Source: Candidatus Bathyarchaeia archaeon (GTDB lineage: Archaea; Thermoproteota; Bathyarchaeia; 40CM-2-53-6). Taken from it: a stretch of DNA of 64,000 nucleotides. The DNA is taken from NCBI GenBank assembly GCA_050013255.1, contig JBEKFP010000002.1, positions 224,001 to 288,000 on the forward strand, in the 5' to 3' direction. Shown piece by piece: positions 1 through 10,053 of this stretch. The translations under genes and the position numbers were made by a program. Below the pieces are notes generated by a model. The model searched no databases, had not been told where the DNA came from, and worked only from the letters and a program-made list of their open reading frames with translations. Positions within the stretch are counted from its first letter, which is position 1. Each line of letters opens with the position of its first letter.

Positions 1-81
1 GCTACCTAGCACACACAGACCGAACCGTTTTATTCACGCCTCTATCCGTTCAAAAGAAGTAAGCTGCGTGCGGCGAAAAAC

Positions 82-1248
82 TTGCCAAAAGAGGTAGATC
101 TCGTTGTTGCTGGGGCCGGGCCGGGTGGCCTCTATGCCGCAGTGCAGGCTCTCAATCGAGGTCTAACGGTTCACGTCTTTGACAAGAAGACGGTTGTCGG
201 GATACCTGTGAAGTGCGGTGAATATTTCCCAGTTCGAAAGGAGATGGCGTACTTGCTCCCGAGCGCAGGTGACTACATGCATGTCTTTGATGTCCCGCAG
301 GAGGCAGTCGACAATGTATGCAAGACTATTCGCGTCATATCGCCCAAAGGAAAAGAGTTCGAATTCGATTTCGAAGCTTACATTCTCGACAGAACCAAAC
401 TGGAGCAGAGCGTGGCGAAACAGGTCGAGAAATTAGGGGGGACCGTTCAGCTACAAACACCCGTCGACTTATACTCTGAAAACGGCAACCTAACGGTTGG
501 CAGGAACAGGGGCGATGGCGTCAAAGCAAAGGTAGTCATCGCTGCGGACGGGTTCCCATCGAAAGTCGCGAAATCGGCGGGTATTCTTACTGACGACTAC
601 ATGACACCTAACAATGTGGCAATTAATTATGAATATCTAATGAGCGATTTGTCCGTCGACCAGAGCGTGACAGAGATGTATATGGGAACTGAGTTTGCGC
701 CAGGCGGCTATGGTTGGATCATACCTAAAGGCAATCGTTCCGCAAACGTCGGAATTGGAATAAGGACCCCGTATTCAAAGAAGAACGATGGCAGGGGTTA
801 CCTTCACTTCTTCCTCGACAAGTGTTCTTTAACGAAATTGAAACTTGAAAATGGCAAATCGGGGCCGATGATCGCCGATGTTCTTCCAGTCGATGGACCA
901 TTGCCGCGGACCTGTTCCGAACATGTGATGGCTGTCGGGGACGCCGGTGGAATGGTAATGCCGACGAATGGGGGTGGGATTTCGACGGCGATGATTACTG
1001 GCGAGATCGCTGGGCAAGTTGCCGCAGACCACGTGCAGAAAGGCGTGCCACTTTCCGAGTACGAAAAGAGGTGGAAGCAGGCGTTGGGCAAGGAGTTGGT
1101 TGTCTCAACCAAATTGAGAAGACTCGCGGACCACTTCATGGGAAACGACCTAGTCTTTCACATGTTACTGCAAGTTCTTGGGACTCAGGGAATCAAGGAC
1201 GTAATTACCTGTAGGGCACCGAGAGGCTTAGGGCCTTTTGTCTCCTAG
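82..1248 (+). CDS. Geranylgeranyl reductase family flavoprotein (digeranylgeranylglycerophospholipid reductase-like)
   Basis: GAGPGG FAD motif, KCGE, PGGYGWIIP, VGDAGG..P.NGGGI motifs. Confidence 0.88.
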   Translation: MPKEVDLVVAGAGPGGLYAAVQALNRGLTVHVFDKKTVVGIPVKCGEYFPVRKEMAYLLPSAGDYMHVFDVPQEAVDNVCKTIRVISPKGKEFEFDFEAYILDRTKLEQSVAKQVEKLGGTVQLQTPVDLYSENGNLTVGRNRGDGVKAKVVIAADGFPSKVAKSAGILTDDYMTPNNVAINYEYLMSDLSVDQSVTEMYMGTEFAPGGYGWIIPKGNRSANVGIGIRTPYSKKNDGRGYLHFFLDKCSLTKLKLENGKSGPMIADVLPVDGPLPRTCSEHVMAVGDAGGMVMPTNGGGISTAMITGEIAGQVAADHVQKGVPLSEYEKRWKQALGKELVVSTKLRRLADHFMGNDLVFHMLLQVLGTQGIKDVITCRAPRGLGPFVS

Positions 1249-1250
1249 AT

Positions 1251-2138
1251 CTATACGGCATGGATCAAGCTGTCAATTATCATTGCAAGGAATAGGGTAA
1301 ACAGGTAAGGACTGGAAACTTTGAAAGCCTTGTAAGCCATTTTATTGTTTGGATGAAGAAACAACTGGGCATTGATGTAGAGCACCCAGAGCCCAAATGC
1401 CGTTGCAACGGCCAAGTAGAGCCAGCCAAACCGCCCGACAACCCAAATCCACAGTGAGAAGGGAATCATTAGCACAACGGTTGACACGATACATCTCAAC
1501 GCGGTCCGAAGCTTTGTGACTACCGGCAGCATGGGAATGCGGGCACGTTTGTAATCGGCCTTCGTGAATATCGCTAAGCTCCAAATATGGCCTGGAATCC
1601 ATAGAACTACCAAGGCCGCTAGCAGAACCGGAAGTAGTTCCGTCCCATTGGTGACGGCGCTCCAGCCAAACATTACGGGCAATCCCCCGCTCACGCCCCC
1701 CAGAATGATGTTCAGAGGATTTCTGCGTTTCAATAACAAACTGTAGACGACTACGTTGTCGAGCACCCCCAGCGCGATCCAAAGGAAGGATAACGGATTG
1801 ATCGAGTAAGCCAATACGAGCCCGATTGCTGCTAAAAATAAGCCCCAAAGAAGGGCGTTCCTTGGAGAGATTCGACCACTCGGAATCGGGCGATGCCTCG
1901 TGCGGTGCATTATGGCATCAATATCCCTGTCAAGATATGAGGTAAGTGTGTCGCAACCCGCACTCGCGGCGGCTATCGCAACGGTGGCCACGATGAGCAG
2001 GGTAGGGGTCAGGGGTTGGAGAGTCTGCTTCCAAGCAATGATCATTGTGGCGATGGAGGTGAAGACGAGCAGGAAGACTATGGGCGGTTTTGTAACTTCA
2101 AAGTAATTTCTGACTTTCTGTGTTATGGCTACTTGCAA
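1251..2138 (-). CDS. ctaB: Protoheme IX farnesyltransferase (heme O synthase)
   Basis: TKP start, DRDIDAIMHRTRHRPIPSGR, W.PGHIW...DY..A.IPMLP motifs; multi-TM. Confidence 0.92.
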   Translation of the reverse strand: MQVAITQKVRNYFEVTKPPIVFLLVFTSIATMIIAWKQTLQPLTPTLLIVATVAIAAASAGCDTLTSYLDRDIDAIMHRTRHRPIPSGRISPRNALLWGLFLAAIGLVLAYSINPLSFLWIALGVLDNVVVYSLLLKRRNPLNIILGGVSGGLPVMFGWSAVTNGTELLPVLLAALVVLWIPGHIWSLAIFTKADYKRARIPMLPVVTKLRTALRCIVSTVVLMIPFSLWIWVVGRFGWLYLAVATAFGLWVLYINAQLFLHPNNKMAYKAFKVSSPYLFTLFLAMIIDSLIHAV

Positions 2139-2150
2139 TCCTTCGTGCTC

Positions 2151-2633
2151 CTAGGGAAGAACTTCCAGGAGCCCATGCATATCTCCATGACCTGCACCGC
2201 AGAAGATTGTGCAAATAATCGTATATTCTCCCGGTTGCGTCGGAACGATTGTGACCGTAATGTCGTGGTCTTTAGCCACCGTCAACGGAGTATCCATAAT
2301 GCCCTGAATGAAGAATCCATGTTCGCTAAACGAAGGGTCCTGTTGCCATATGCCATGGACATGGAATGTGACGTTATCTCCGACGTGGACAACTATTGGA
2401 ACAGTGCGAGTGTCGATTGTGCCGTTTACCATGAAGGCCCATTGTTGGGCAACAATGTTGATTGTGATATTCTGGGGTACGTGAGGCGGACCCACCTCTG
2501 CTGGTAAAACGTAGTACTGGTAGTAGAACATGCCAGTGCCCATGAGCAGCAGTAGGAGTACCGCTGTGGCTCCTACCCAAGGCCCATGAACAGTTTGCGC
2601 CTGAGACATTTGAGACAAGCTTCCCGCCGTCAT
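2151..2633 (-). CDS. Membrane-anchored CuA-type cupredoxin (cytochrome c oxidase subunit II C-terminal-like)
   Basis: One N-terminal TM, AQQWAF, HGFFI and CTIFCGAGHGDM CuA-like ligand loop. Confidence 0.8.
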   Translation of the reverse strand: MTAGSLSQMSQAQTVHGPWVGATAVLLLLLMGTGMFYYQYYVLPAEVGPPHVPQNITINIVAQQWAFMVNGTIDTRTVPIVVHVGDNVTFHVHGIWQQDPSFSEHGFFIQGIMDTPLTVAKDHDITVTIVPTQPGEYTIICTIFCGAGHGDMHGLLEVLP

Positions 2634-4018
2634 TCCGCTCCAATTCGGTAAAGATGGATCAGTATTCCAAATGCAATTAACCCTAGGCCGATCTGCAAAA
2701 GAACCACGTTCTTGAAACTTGCTAGAAATGCTTGGAACGAGTATATGTCAAAGAGTACTTGGAACCCAAGCAGGGAGAGCACAACGGCCCGCCACTCGTT
2801 CTGAGTGAGTTTGTAGATTGGGAACTGCTTGCGTGCGTGCATGGGTCGCGCGCCAGGCGGTGGTGCTGTGGCCCTCAACCACAAGTAGATCAATGCGTAT
2901 GCGGCGGCACCGATGAAAATAACTGACCCGAAGAAAACGAAGGGGTCGATCTCGAGTTGGGGAATGCTGTTGAGGGGTAAGAAGATATTGTTCGCCCTAA
3001 AACCCCAAACAGTTGTGAGAGCGAGTTGACAGAGCCCAGCGACACCCATCGCGGTATAGAAGGGACGGTCACGGACAAACAGTTTCCTACTCGTGTCAAT
3101 GAATGGAACAACCAAGAAGACGACGACAAAAATCATTGGAATGACAACGCCCGCGGTGAACCGATCTATTCCAGTCCGTATGATTGCATACATGCCCGTA
3201 AGGTACCATTCAGGCATCGTAATGCCCGCTTCAGCTGTGGGAATGAACTTCGCTCCCAATTCAACCGGAAACAGACCTCCAATGACCATTATGGCCCCGG
3301 CAACCATGGAAACAACTGGAATGTCAAGGACCATGTACCGTGGGAAGTGAACCATCATTATCAGAATCATTATCATTGGGAAGATGAACACGTGAACAGC
3401 GTAGAACCTCAGGATTAGGTCGGCAAGTCCGGTGCCAGCCATGAGTCGAAAGGCCATGGGTCCCATGAATGGGGTGCTCCGGGCTAGTGCTCTGCCAATG
3501 TTGATGGCAAGCATGCCACGTACGTTTAACAGAAGGTCATAGCCAGTGTAGGCTTCAATTATTGTGAGTATGCCGATGATGATTCCGGTCACCCATAGCA
3601 CTTCATATCGCAGCTTGTATCGGCCTGAGAAATACTGGTAGAACATATGGGCGACAGCTAGAAGCACCATGGCGTTTGAGGCGTGGTAGTGAATGTTACG
3701 TAGCGCTGAGCCGAATGGTACAATGTTGTTGATGTTTTGTACGCTGTCGAAGGGTGATGTGACCGCGCCCGTTGCTGTGTTGAAGATGACAGTTGGGCTG
3801 TAGTATAGCATGAGTAATGCTCCAGAAATGCCGAGCAAGGCAAAGGTTGTGAAAGTCAAGAAGCCTAAGAATCCCAGAGGGCTTACGAATTTTCTGGGAA
3901 GTGTGAACTTAAGCCCCATGAATATTGTTCGCTCAAGTCGCTGGTTCAACCAGTCGATCAGGAGCTGGATGGGGTTCTTCTCTTCACTGGGAGGGGGGCG
4001 TGTTGCTGCCATATCCAA
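2630..4018 (-). CDS. petB: Cytochrome b subunit of a Rieske/cytb complex
   Basis: Heme-ligand His pairs (IHYHASN...AHMF; VHVF...VHFP), PEWY motif, many TMs. Confidence 0.9.
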   Translation of the reverse strand: MDMAATRPPPSEEKNPIQLLIDWLNQRLERTIFMGLKFTLPRKFVSPLGFLGFLTFTTFALLGISGALLMLYYSPTVIFNTATGAVTSPFDSVQNINNIVPFGSALRNIHYHASNAMVLLAVAHMFYQYFSGRYKLRYEVLWVTGIIIGILTIIEAYTGYDLLLNVRGMLAINIGRALARSTPFMGPMAFRLMAGTGLADLILRFYAVHVFIFPMIMILIMMVHFPRYMVLDIPVVSMVAGAIMVIGGLFPVELGAKFIPTAEAGITMPEWYLTGMYAIIRTGIDRFTAGVVIPMIFVVVFLVVPFIDTSRKLFVRDRPFYTAMGVAGLCQLALTTVWGFRANNIFLPLNSIPQLEIDPFVFFGSVIFIGAAAYALIYLWLRATAPPPGARPMHARKQFPIYKLTQNEWRAVVLSLLGFQVLFDIYSFQAFLASFKNVVLLQIGLGLIAFGILIHLYRIGAE

Positions 4019-4613
4019 TCAAATCCAAGTCTACGGATTCGGCGTAAATACTGTCGCCATCTATTCGTAATTTCACGCTGGGCAAGTAGCGACCGATTTG
4101 TGCAGCTGGGCCTGCAACTGGCCAGCCGTCTGTGGGCCTATACTCGCTTCCGTGGCATGGGCACCCAATGATTTCGGAATTTGAAAGATAAGAGACGAGA
4201 CATTGGAGGTGTATGCAAGTTCGATTGTAAGCGACGAACTCTTGCCCCGCTTTCGAGGCCAGGTCCGGTGGAAGATGTATCAACATGTTTGTGTAGGTTG
4301 GGTCTGTTGTGAACGGAAACCAAAAAATCGTTGAACCATTAACAGGCACATCCTCCTTTTTCGCGATTAGGACTGGGTTGAATTTTGTGGACACTGTGGG
4401 GATAAGGTATGAACCCCCAGCTGCGAAGGGTGCCAGCGCGAGGGCCGCTGAAACGCCGCCCATAATTTTCAGGGCGTCACGCCTCGAAAGGCCTTTCTTC
4501 TTTGTAGGTGAAGCCCCATCGAATTCAGTTTCAAACCCGGTAGAAGGTGTGCTTCCACAGCATTTCGCAAAATCAGAGCAGGAGAGGCAAGCACTCGTGT
4601 AATTTTGATGCAT
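3984..4613 (-). CDS. petA: Rieske [2Fe-2S] protein with Tat signal (start uncertain: 4613, 4664 or 4673)
   Basis: SRRDALK twin-arginine motif + TM; CIHLQC and CPCHGS Rieske boxes. Confidence 0.88.
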   Translation of the reverse strand: MHQNYTSACLSCSDFAKCCGSTPSTGFETEFDGASPTKKKGLSRRDALKIMGGVSAALALAPFAAGGSYLIPTVSTKFNPVLIAKKEDVPVNGSTIFWFPFTTDPTYTNMLIHLPPDLASKAGQEFVAYNRTCIHLQCLVSYLSNSEIIGCPCHGSEYRPTDGWPVAGPAAQIGRYLPSVKLRIDGDSIYAESVDLDLIGYGSNTPPSQ

Positions 4614-4774
4614 GTGCGAGATTACTCTTCGCGTTAAAGCGAATCCCTGAATCCTTGGGGTCATTAATCTCACCGATGCTTTTCTTCGCTCTCAAACATT
4701 TGTGCGAGTAACAAAAGACGATTCAATTTAAGGTTTCTTTCAAGGTTTTCAGGAAAAGACAGGTTACACGAAAC

Positions 4775-6199
4775 CTAGGCCAATGCTTTGTTTGCGTTGT
4801 TCCACAAAGACTCGCTTAGTTTCTCGAGCTTCTGGCTCAGTTTTACCGGAGCTTCCGCGGAAGTTCGAAGGTCCTTGTACTTTACCGGTAGGCGGGCAAC
4901 TTCCTTAATTGTTCTGTCACGGATTCTATCGATCCTCGGAAGCCTGTAAACTAATTTCCCATGGTGAATTATTCTCGTCAAGAGTGGCTCAGCCCCGATG
5001 GGGGGAGGTTCATCGTCGAGCGCTATGCTGTCACCTTCGATTTCCCCCGCTTTTGAATATGTTCTGTATACTTGTTTCACTCCAGGTATCGTTCGCTTAT
5101 CGTCACTTGTCTTGACGCGATAACTCATCTTTCCATTCCTTTCCGTCGCAACAATCTTGTATATTCCCGGCAGGGCGGGATCGTCGCGGGATGTCACGAG
5201 CTCAGTTCCTACCCCGAAACCGTCAATCGGTGCCCCTTTGGAAGTTAACTCGTCTAAGACGAATTCGTTGAGGTCGCCGCTGACGAATATCTTGGTTTTC
5301 TTGAGGCCGGCCTCGTCCAGGATTCTTCGAACTCTTGAGCTTAGATCGTAGCGGTCACCACTATCGAGCCTAACCAGGGACGGGGCAACCTTCATGGAAG
5401 CAACCAATTTCGCTCCTTCAATCGTATCATATGTATCAAGCAGAAGAGCGGGATTGGACGGAAAGACCTGGCAGAACTTCTCAAAGGCCTCCTGCTCGGA
5501 ATCATAGTTCATGACAAATGAATGAGCCATCGTACCATAAGTGGGGATGCCGTACAAATATCCCGCTAAGACGTTGGATGTGCCTATACAGCCTCCAATG
5601 TAACTAGCTCTGGCCGCCAATAGCGCAGCCTCTGGGCCATGGGCGCGCCGGCCCCCAAATTCGACAACCCCCTTGCCTCTTGCGCTCTGAACAACTCTCG
5701 AGGCTTTGGTCGCAATCAAAGTTTGGAAGTTGATGGTGGACAGCAGGTATGTCTCTACGATTTGGGCTTCAATGATTGGCGCAGTAACCCGCAAAATCGG
5801 TTCATTGGTGAAAAACACTGTTCCTTCTGGAATCGCCCACACGTCCCCGGTGAATCTCAGCTCCTTAAGATATCGGAAGAAACGGCTGCTCACGTTCTTG
5901 AAATTGGGGTCTTTTTTCAGATACTTGATATGTTCGTCTCTAAATCGAAATCGTCTCAGATACTCTACGGCTTGTTCTAGCCCCGCTGCAATAAGGTATG
6001 AGCGGTTCTTCGGGAAGCTCCTCACGAATAGTTCGAAGGTCGCTTTAGCGTCTTCATGAGTTTCAAAATAGGCGGCTGCCATGGTCAGCTCATATAGATC
6101 AGTTGCAAGCGCATTATCCTCTGGAAACAATTGTTGATCGCCTTCGGGAATCGTTTCCCAATGGTTTGTTGAGCAATAAGAACCGTACTGACTTCGCAA
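4775..6199 (-). CDS. pncB: Nicotinate phosphoribosyltransferase (true start probably slightly downstream)
   Basis: LATDLYELTM, EFGGRRAH, GTMAHS, LLDTYD, VRLDSGD motifs. Confidence 0.92.
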   Translation of the reverse strand: MRSQYGSYCSTNHWETIPEGDQQLFPEDNALATDLYELTMAAAYFETHEDAKATFELFVRSFPKNRSYLIAAGLEQAVEYLRRFRFRDEHIKYLKKDPNFKNVSSRFFRYLKELRFTGDVWAIPEGTVFFTNEPILRVTAPIIEAQIVETYLLSTINFQTLIATKASRVVQSARGKGVVEFGGRRAHGPEAALLAARASYIGGCIGTSNVLAGYLYGIPTYGTMAHSFVMNYDSEQEAFEKFCQVFPSNPALLLDTYDTIEGAKLVASMKVAPSLVRLDSGDRYDLSSRVRRILDEAGLKKTKIFVSGDLNEFVLDELTSKGAPIDGFGVGTELVTSRDDPALPGIYKIVATERNGKMSYRVKTSDDKRTIPGVKQVYRTYSKAGEIEGDSIALDDEPPPIGAEPLLTRIIHHGKLVYRLPRIDRIRDRTIKEVARLPVKYKDLRTSAEAPVKLSQKLEKLSESLWNNANKALA

Positions 6200-6288
6200 A
6201 TGTCCGGTTTTGTCGGATGTCGGAAAGGGTTATTTACAGGCTGGTTTCATCGCTACCAAAATCTGTTGCAAGGTCGAGAAGTGGGTCT

Positions 6289-6414
6289 TTGAAGCGCACT
6301 GCTGCCGCATTTACTGTGCTATTGGGATTGACGGCTGTGATGATTGGAATTTACATTAATGAATTCAAGGTGCTTGCAGATATTTTGCAAGGGTTTGTTT
6401 TCCTTTTCCCATGA
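6289..6414 (+). CDS. Small hydrophobic protein upstream of the polyferredoxin
   Basis: TTG start in ORF 6103..6414; two hydrophobic segments; abuts next gene. Confidence 0.4.
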   Translation: MKRTAAAFTVLLGLTAVMIGIYINEFKVLADILQGFVFLFP

Positions 6415-7393
6415 GGCTTCATTCTTGTCGCAAACGGAACCCGAGCAAGACCTGAGAAGGTTCAAATTCAAATGGACCCTCCCACGCATGATTGTTCAGC
6501 TACTTTCTCTAATCCTGGTCAACGCAATTGCTTTCACTGAAATTTTCCCAAGCCTGAAATTTCACCCTATTCCCTTCGGCCTGCCAATCTTGGCTAGTGT
6601 CAACTCTCCCTTCTCGGCGGTGTACAGTTCATTCGACCTCATCCAGGTTGAGCTGGCACAACCCGAATTTCCTTGGCTAGTTCTAGGAACCGTGTTTTTG
6701 ATAGGCGCAGTCGTGGGCCGTGCATTTTGCGGTTGGGTTTGCCCAGTTGGGTTCGTTCAGGATATCATAACGAACTTGAAGGGACGGCTTGATTTCATTT
6801 CGCCGCGAACCCATAATAGCGCAAAGAAACTGAAGTACCTACTATTCTTCGGAACCCTCTTGATCAGTGGTACTTTGGGGCTTTCGCTTTACCTCGGAGT
6901 TGGAGCCAACTACAAAACTGCACTTGGCGCACTTGCTTCAGGTCCGTTCATCGCAATATCTCCGGACGGCACGCTGTTCGGAGTAATTCCGGCATTGGTT
7001 GGTTTGGCTCGCGATAACTTCGCATCCCTCTTGACGAGGCCGCCGACGATTCAGCAGGTCTGGTCCTATTTGACTCAAGTTCCGCCATTGCTTGCACTTC
7101 GAATAATAATCTTGGTGGCATTCTTCGGCGCGGCATGGAAAGTTCCCAGGTTCTGGTGCCGCTACGCCTGCCCGACAGGAGCAATGATGGCAATCTTTCA
7201 GAAATACAGCTTAGCAGGAATCAAGAGAGACCCAGTAAAATGTATGAAATGCCCCCACTGCGAAGTCAAATGCCCAATGCAAATCAACATACTTGATTTG
7301 CCGTGGGAGAAATTCAACAACCCCGAATGCATCATGTGCATGGAATGCATCGACGCCTGCCCGCACGGATCGCTGAGTCCAAAGTTCCCATAA
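6344..7393 (+). CDS. NapH/MauN-like membrane 4Fe-4S binding protein (start probably further downstream)
   Basis: GRAFCGWVCP, RFWCRYACP, two ferredoxin CxxCxxCxxxCP motifs at C-terminus. Confidence 0.85.
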   Translation: MEFTLMNSRCLQIFCKGLFSFSHEASFLSQTEPEQDLRRFKFKWTLPRMIVQLLSLILVNAIAFTEIFPSLKFHPIPFGLPILASVNSPFSAVYSSFDLIQVELAQPEFPWLVLGTVFLIGAVVGRAFCGWVCPVGFVQDIITNLKGRLDFISPRTHNSAKKLKYLLFFGTLLISGTLGLSLYLGVGANYKTALGALASGPFIAISPDGTLFGVIPALVGLARDNFASLLTRPPTIQQVWSYLTQVPPLLALRIIILVAFFGAAWKVPRFWCRYACPTGAMMAIFQKYSLAGIKRDPVKCMKCPHCEVKCPMQINILDLPWEKFNNPECIMCMECIDACPHGSLSPKFP

Positions 7394-7549
7394 CGCTGTT
7401 CTGCCAGCTCTCTGGCAAATCCGGCAACAGTCCATCTAGGGCGTTACCATGGAATGGGGAAACATACCGGCATGGCTGGCGGGTACCTCATCGAACAAGA
7501 GATACAGCAGCTTTCCTTCACGATTAATGTGGGGGATGCGTGAATGAAC

Positions 7550-7693
7550 TTAGGTGGCATATTTCGCTGGGTTCTTGTCGAACTCGTTCTTGCAATTTGG
7601 CGAGCAGAAGTGGTAGGTTTTGCTTGAATACGAGCTTGAACCCGCCGCTTTCTTCTCGTCAACGTTCATTCCGCAAACAGGATCCTTAGCCAA
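7550..7693 (-). CDS. YHS/TRASH-domain metal chaperone, 47 aa (not in ORF track)
   Basis: Translated by hand: MAKDPVCGMNVDEKKAAGSSSYSSKTYHFCSPNCKNEFDKNPAKYAT; GGAGGTGA RBS upstream; directly after copA. Confidence 0.88.
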   Translation of the reverse strand: MAKDPVCGMNVDEKKAAGSSSYSSKTYHFCSPNCKNEFDKNPAKYAT

Positions 7694-7709
7694 TTCGACC
7701 TCACCTCCA

Positions 7710-9788
7710 TCATGGTTTGAACCGGTTTAGTAGAAGGGCGTTGCTGACGACGGTAACTGAACTTGAAGCCATCGCTCCAGCAGCTAGGAATGGAAGGAAA
7801 TTGTACACGCCAGGTCCGAGGAATGGCACGAGTGCACCTGCCGCGATGGGGATGAGTGCAACGTTGTAGCAGAATGCCCAGAACAGGTTCTGCTTGATTT
7901 TGCGGACGGTTGCCTTACTGAGTTTGATGGCGGTTACCACGTCTCGTAGGCTGTTCCTGATCAGAACAATACCGCCTGTCTCGACCGCGACGTCTGTTCC
8001 GCTTCCGATGGCAATTCCAATGTTGGCCGCGGCAAGAGCTGGGGCATCATTAATTCCGTCTCCAACCATACCCACAATCTTACCTTCTTTTTGCAAGTCT
8101 CTGATGATCTTCTCCTTCTGCTCTGGCAGAACGTCTGCCACAACCCTGTCTATGCCCAATTTATCAGCGACGGCTTTGGCCGTTCGGACGTTGTCACCTG
8201 TCAACATTACGACTTCAATCTTCATTCGCTGCAATTCTCGGACCGTGTCTAAAGAGTCATCTTTGAGGGTGTCTGCGAGGCCGATGACACCGAGGAGCTC
8301 CTTGCCGTCTGATAGAACCATGACCGTTTTACCTTCTTGCTCAAGCGCAGATAGGTCTGCTTCGACTGGAGCGAGGTTCATGTCGAATTTTGCCATCAGC
8401 TTTCTGTTTCCCAGCAATATGGTTCTGCCATTGTGCTCTGCAACAACGCCCGCGCCTGGTACAGCTTTGAATGAGGTCGCGTCAGGTATGCTTATCCCCT
8501 TTTTCTCAACAGCTTCTATGACCGCTCGGCCGAGGGGATGCTCTGAGCCTTTCTCGGCTGAAGCGGCCAGCTGAAGTACTTCTTGTTCCGTGTGCGTTCC
8601 ACTGACTATGACATCCGTTACCGACGGTTTGCCCTTGGTCAGAGTGCCGGTCTTGTCAAAGACAATGGTCTGCAGCTTGTGTGCTGTCTCTAAGTATTCG
8701 CCGCCTTTGATGAGAATCCCATTCTGAGCGCCTTTGGCTGTTCCGACAAGAATGGCGGCTGGAGTAGCGATGCCAAGTGCACACGGGCATGCGATGACGA
8801 TTACTGAGACAAACGCCAATAAAGCGAAGTTGAGCGCCAATCCACCGAAGAAATACCAACCTAGCGCCGCCCCTGTGGCGATTAAGATAACTGCAGGCAC
8901 GAAGTACGCTGAGACCTGGTCGGCAAGGCGTTGAATCGGCGCATGCGCCATCTGGGCTTCTTCGACGAGTTGAACGATCTTTGATAGGACCGTATCTGCT
9001 CCGACCTTCGATGCGCGAACCCTGAGAAGACCCGATGTGTTGATTGTTGCTCCGATTACTTCATCGCCAGCAGTTTTTTCAACGGGGATACTTTCTCCGG
9101 TGATAGCGGATTGGTCAACAGCAGAGTTGCCCTCAGTCACCACTCCATCAACCGGTATCCTTTCCCCGGGGCGGATGACGAGAACATCGCCTACTTTGAC
9201 CGACTCTACTGGAACTTCCTCCTCAGCCCCATTGCGGACTACGTGTGCCATCCTAGGCTGTAGATCTAGGAGTTTGCGAACTGCCTCGGAAGCCCTTCCC
9301 TTACTGATATGCTCCAACAAGTTCCCGAGAAGGACCAGGGTGATGATCACTGCAGCGGTATCGAAGTATGCCCCGCTAGCAGGGATGACTGACGGAAGGA
9401 AAGTGACGACTGTACTGTACGCCCAAGCGGCAGTTGTGCCAATGGCAATTAGAAGGTCCATGTTACCCATTCGGTTTCTTAGAGCGTCGTACGCGCCCCT
9501 GTAGAAGCGCCAGCCCACGATGAACTGTATTGGCGTTTCCAAGATGAAGAGCAGATAATTGTTTACATTAGATGGAAGAAGCATAACGTATGTGAACAAA
9601 CCTGTTGGTACTGTGAGCGCAATGCCAATTATCACCAAGAGCTTGAGACGTCTGATTTCAGCCTCTGGTTTCTCGAATGTCTTGGCGCAGGTTTCGCTGC
9701 AGAAATACCATTTTGTTCCCCGAATTGTTCGGGTAATGGTCGCCGTTTTCTCATCCACAAACATGCCGCAAATCGGGTCCTTGGCCAT
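7710..9788 (-). CDS. copA: Cu(I)-translocating P1B-type ATPase with N-terminal YHS/TRASH domain
   Basis: DPICGM...YFCS..C N-terminus, [28 protein letters not shown] and MASSS motifs. Confidence 0.95.
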   Translation of the reverse strand: MAKDPICGMFVDEKTATITRTIRGTKWYFCSETCAKTFEKPEAEIRRLKLLVIIGIALTVPTGLFTYVMLLPSNVNNYLLFILETPIQFIVGWRFYRGAYDALRNRMGNMDLLIAIGTTAAWAYSTVVTFLPSVIPASGAYFDTAAVIITLVLLGNLLEHISKGRASEAVRKLLDLQPRMAHVVRNGAEEEVPVESVKVGDVLVIRPGERIPVDGVVTEGNSAVDQSAITGESIPVEKTAGDEVIGATINTSGLLRVRASKVGADTVLSKIVQLVEEAQMAHAPIQRLADQVSAYFVPAVILIATGAALGWYFFGGLALNFALLAFVSVIVIACPCALGIATPAAILVGTAKGAQNGILIKGGEYLETAHKLQTIVFDKTGTLTKGKPSVTDVIVSGTHTEQEVLQLAASAEKGSEHPLGRAVIEAVEKKGISIPDATSFKAVPGAGVVAEHNGRTILLGNRKLMAKFDMNLAPVEADLSALEQEGKTVMVLSDGKELLGVIGLADTLKDDSLDTVRELQRMKIEVVMLTGDNVRTAKAVADKLGIDRVVADVLPEQKEKIIRDLQKEGKIVGMVGDGINDAPALAAANIGIAIGSGTDVAVETGGIVLIRNSLRDVVTAIKLSKATVRKIKQNLFWAFCYNVALIPIAAGALVPFLGPGVYNFLPFLAAGAMASSSVTVVSNALLLNRFKP

Positions 9789-9815
9789 TCTACTTCCTCC
9801 CGCGTTTCGAAAGAC

Positions 9816-10049
9816 TCAAGCTAGGAGGGGCCGCTTGATGACCGCCCTTACCTCTTCGATCGTGATTTTGGTTAGATCATAGTCGACAGTTATTGTGTTA
9901 GCAGCATAATTGAGATCTACATGCTTTATGCCAAGTGTCTTTTTCAGCGTACGCTGAAGGATTTGAGCTGGTGCGTCGCCTTCATAGTTGGATAGTGATA
10001 AGATTGCCCGCTCGATCCGTTTTTGTTCGGTCACTGGAGTTGCCTTCAC
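9816..10049 (-). CDS. HMA-fold-like small protein lacking CxxC
   Basis: GIKHVDLNY...TVDYD...IT.EEV...I pattern typical of HMA domains; in copA operon. Confidence 0.55.
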   Translation of the reverse strand: MKATPVTEQKRIERAILSLSNYEGDAPAQILQRTLKKTLGIKHVDLNYAANTITVDYDLTKITIEEVRAVIKRPLLA

Positions 10050-10053
10050 CGCT

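Noticed and set aside
1-20. TAGCACACACA resembling the right arm of site S2
   Set aside because: Core would fall at or beyond the window edge and cannot be verified.
7444-7662. 72-aa ORF in the track
   Set aside because: Out-of-frame shadow of the YHS gene 7550-7693.
7894-9504. Long antisense ORFs over copA (and similar ones over other core genes)
   Set aside because: Shadow frames of well-supported genes with no motifs of their own.
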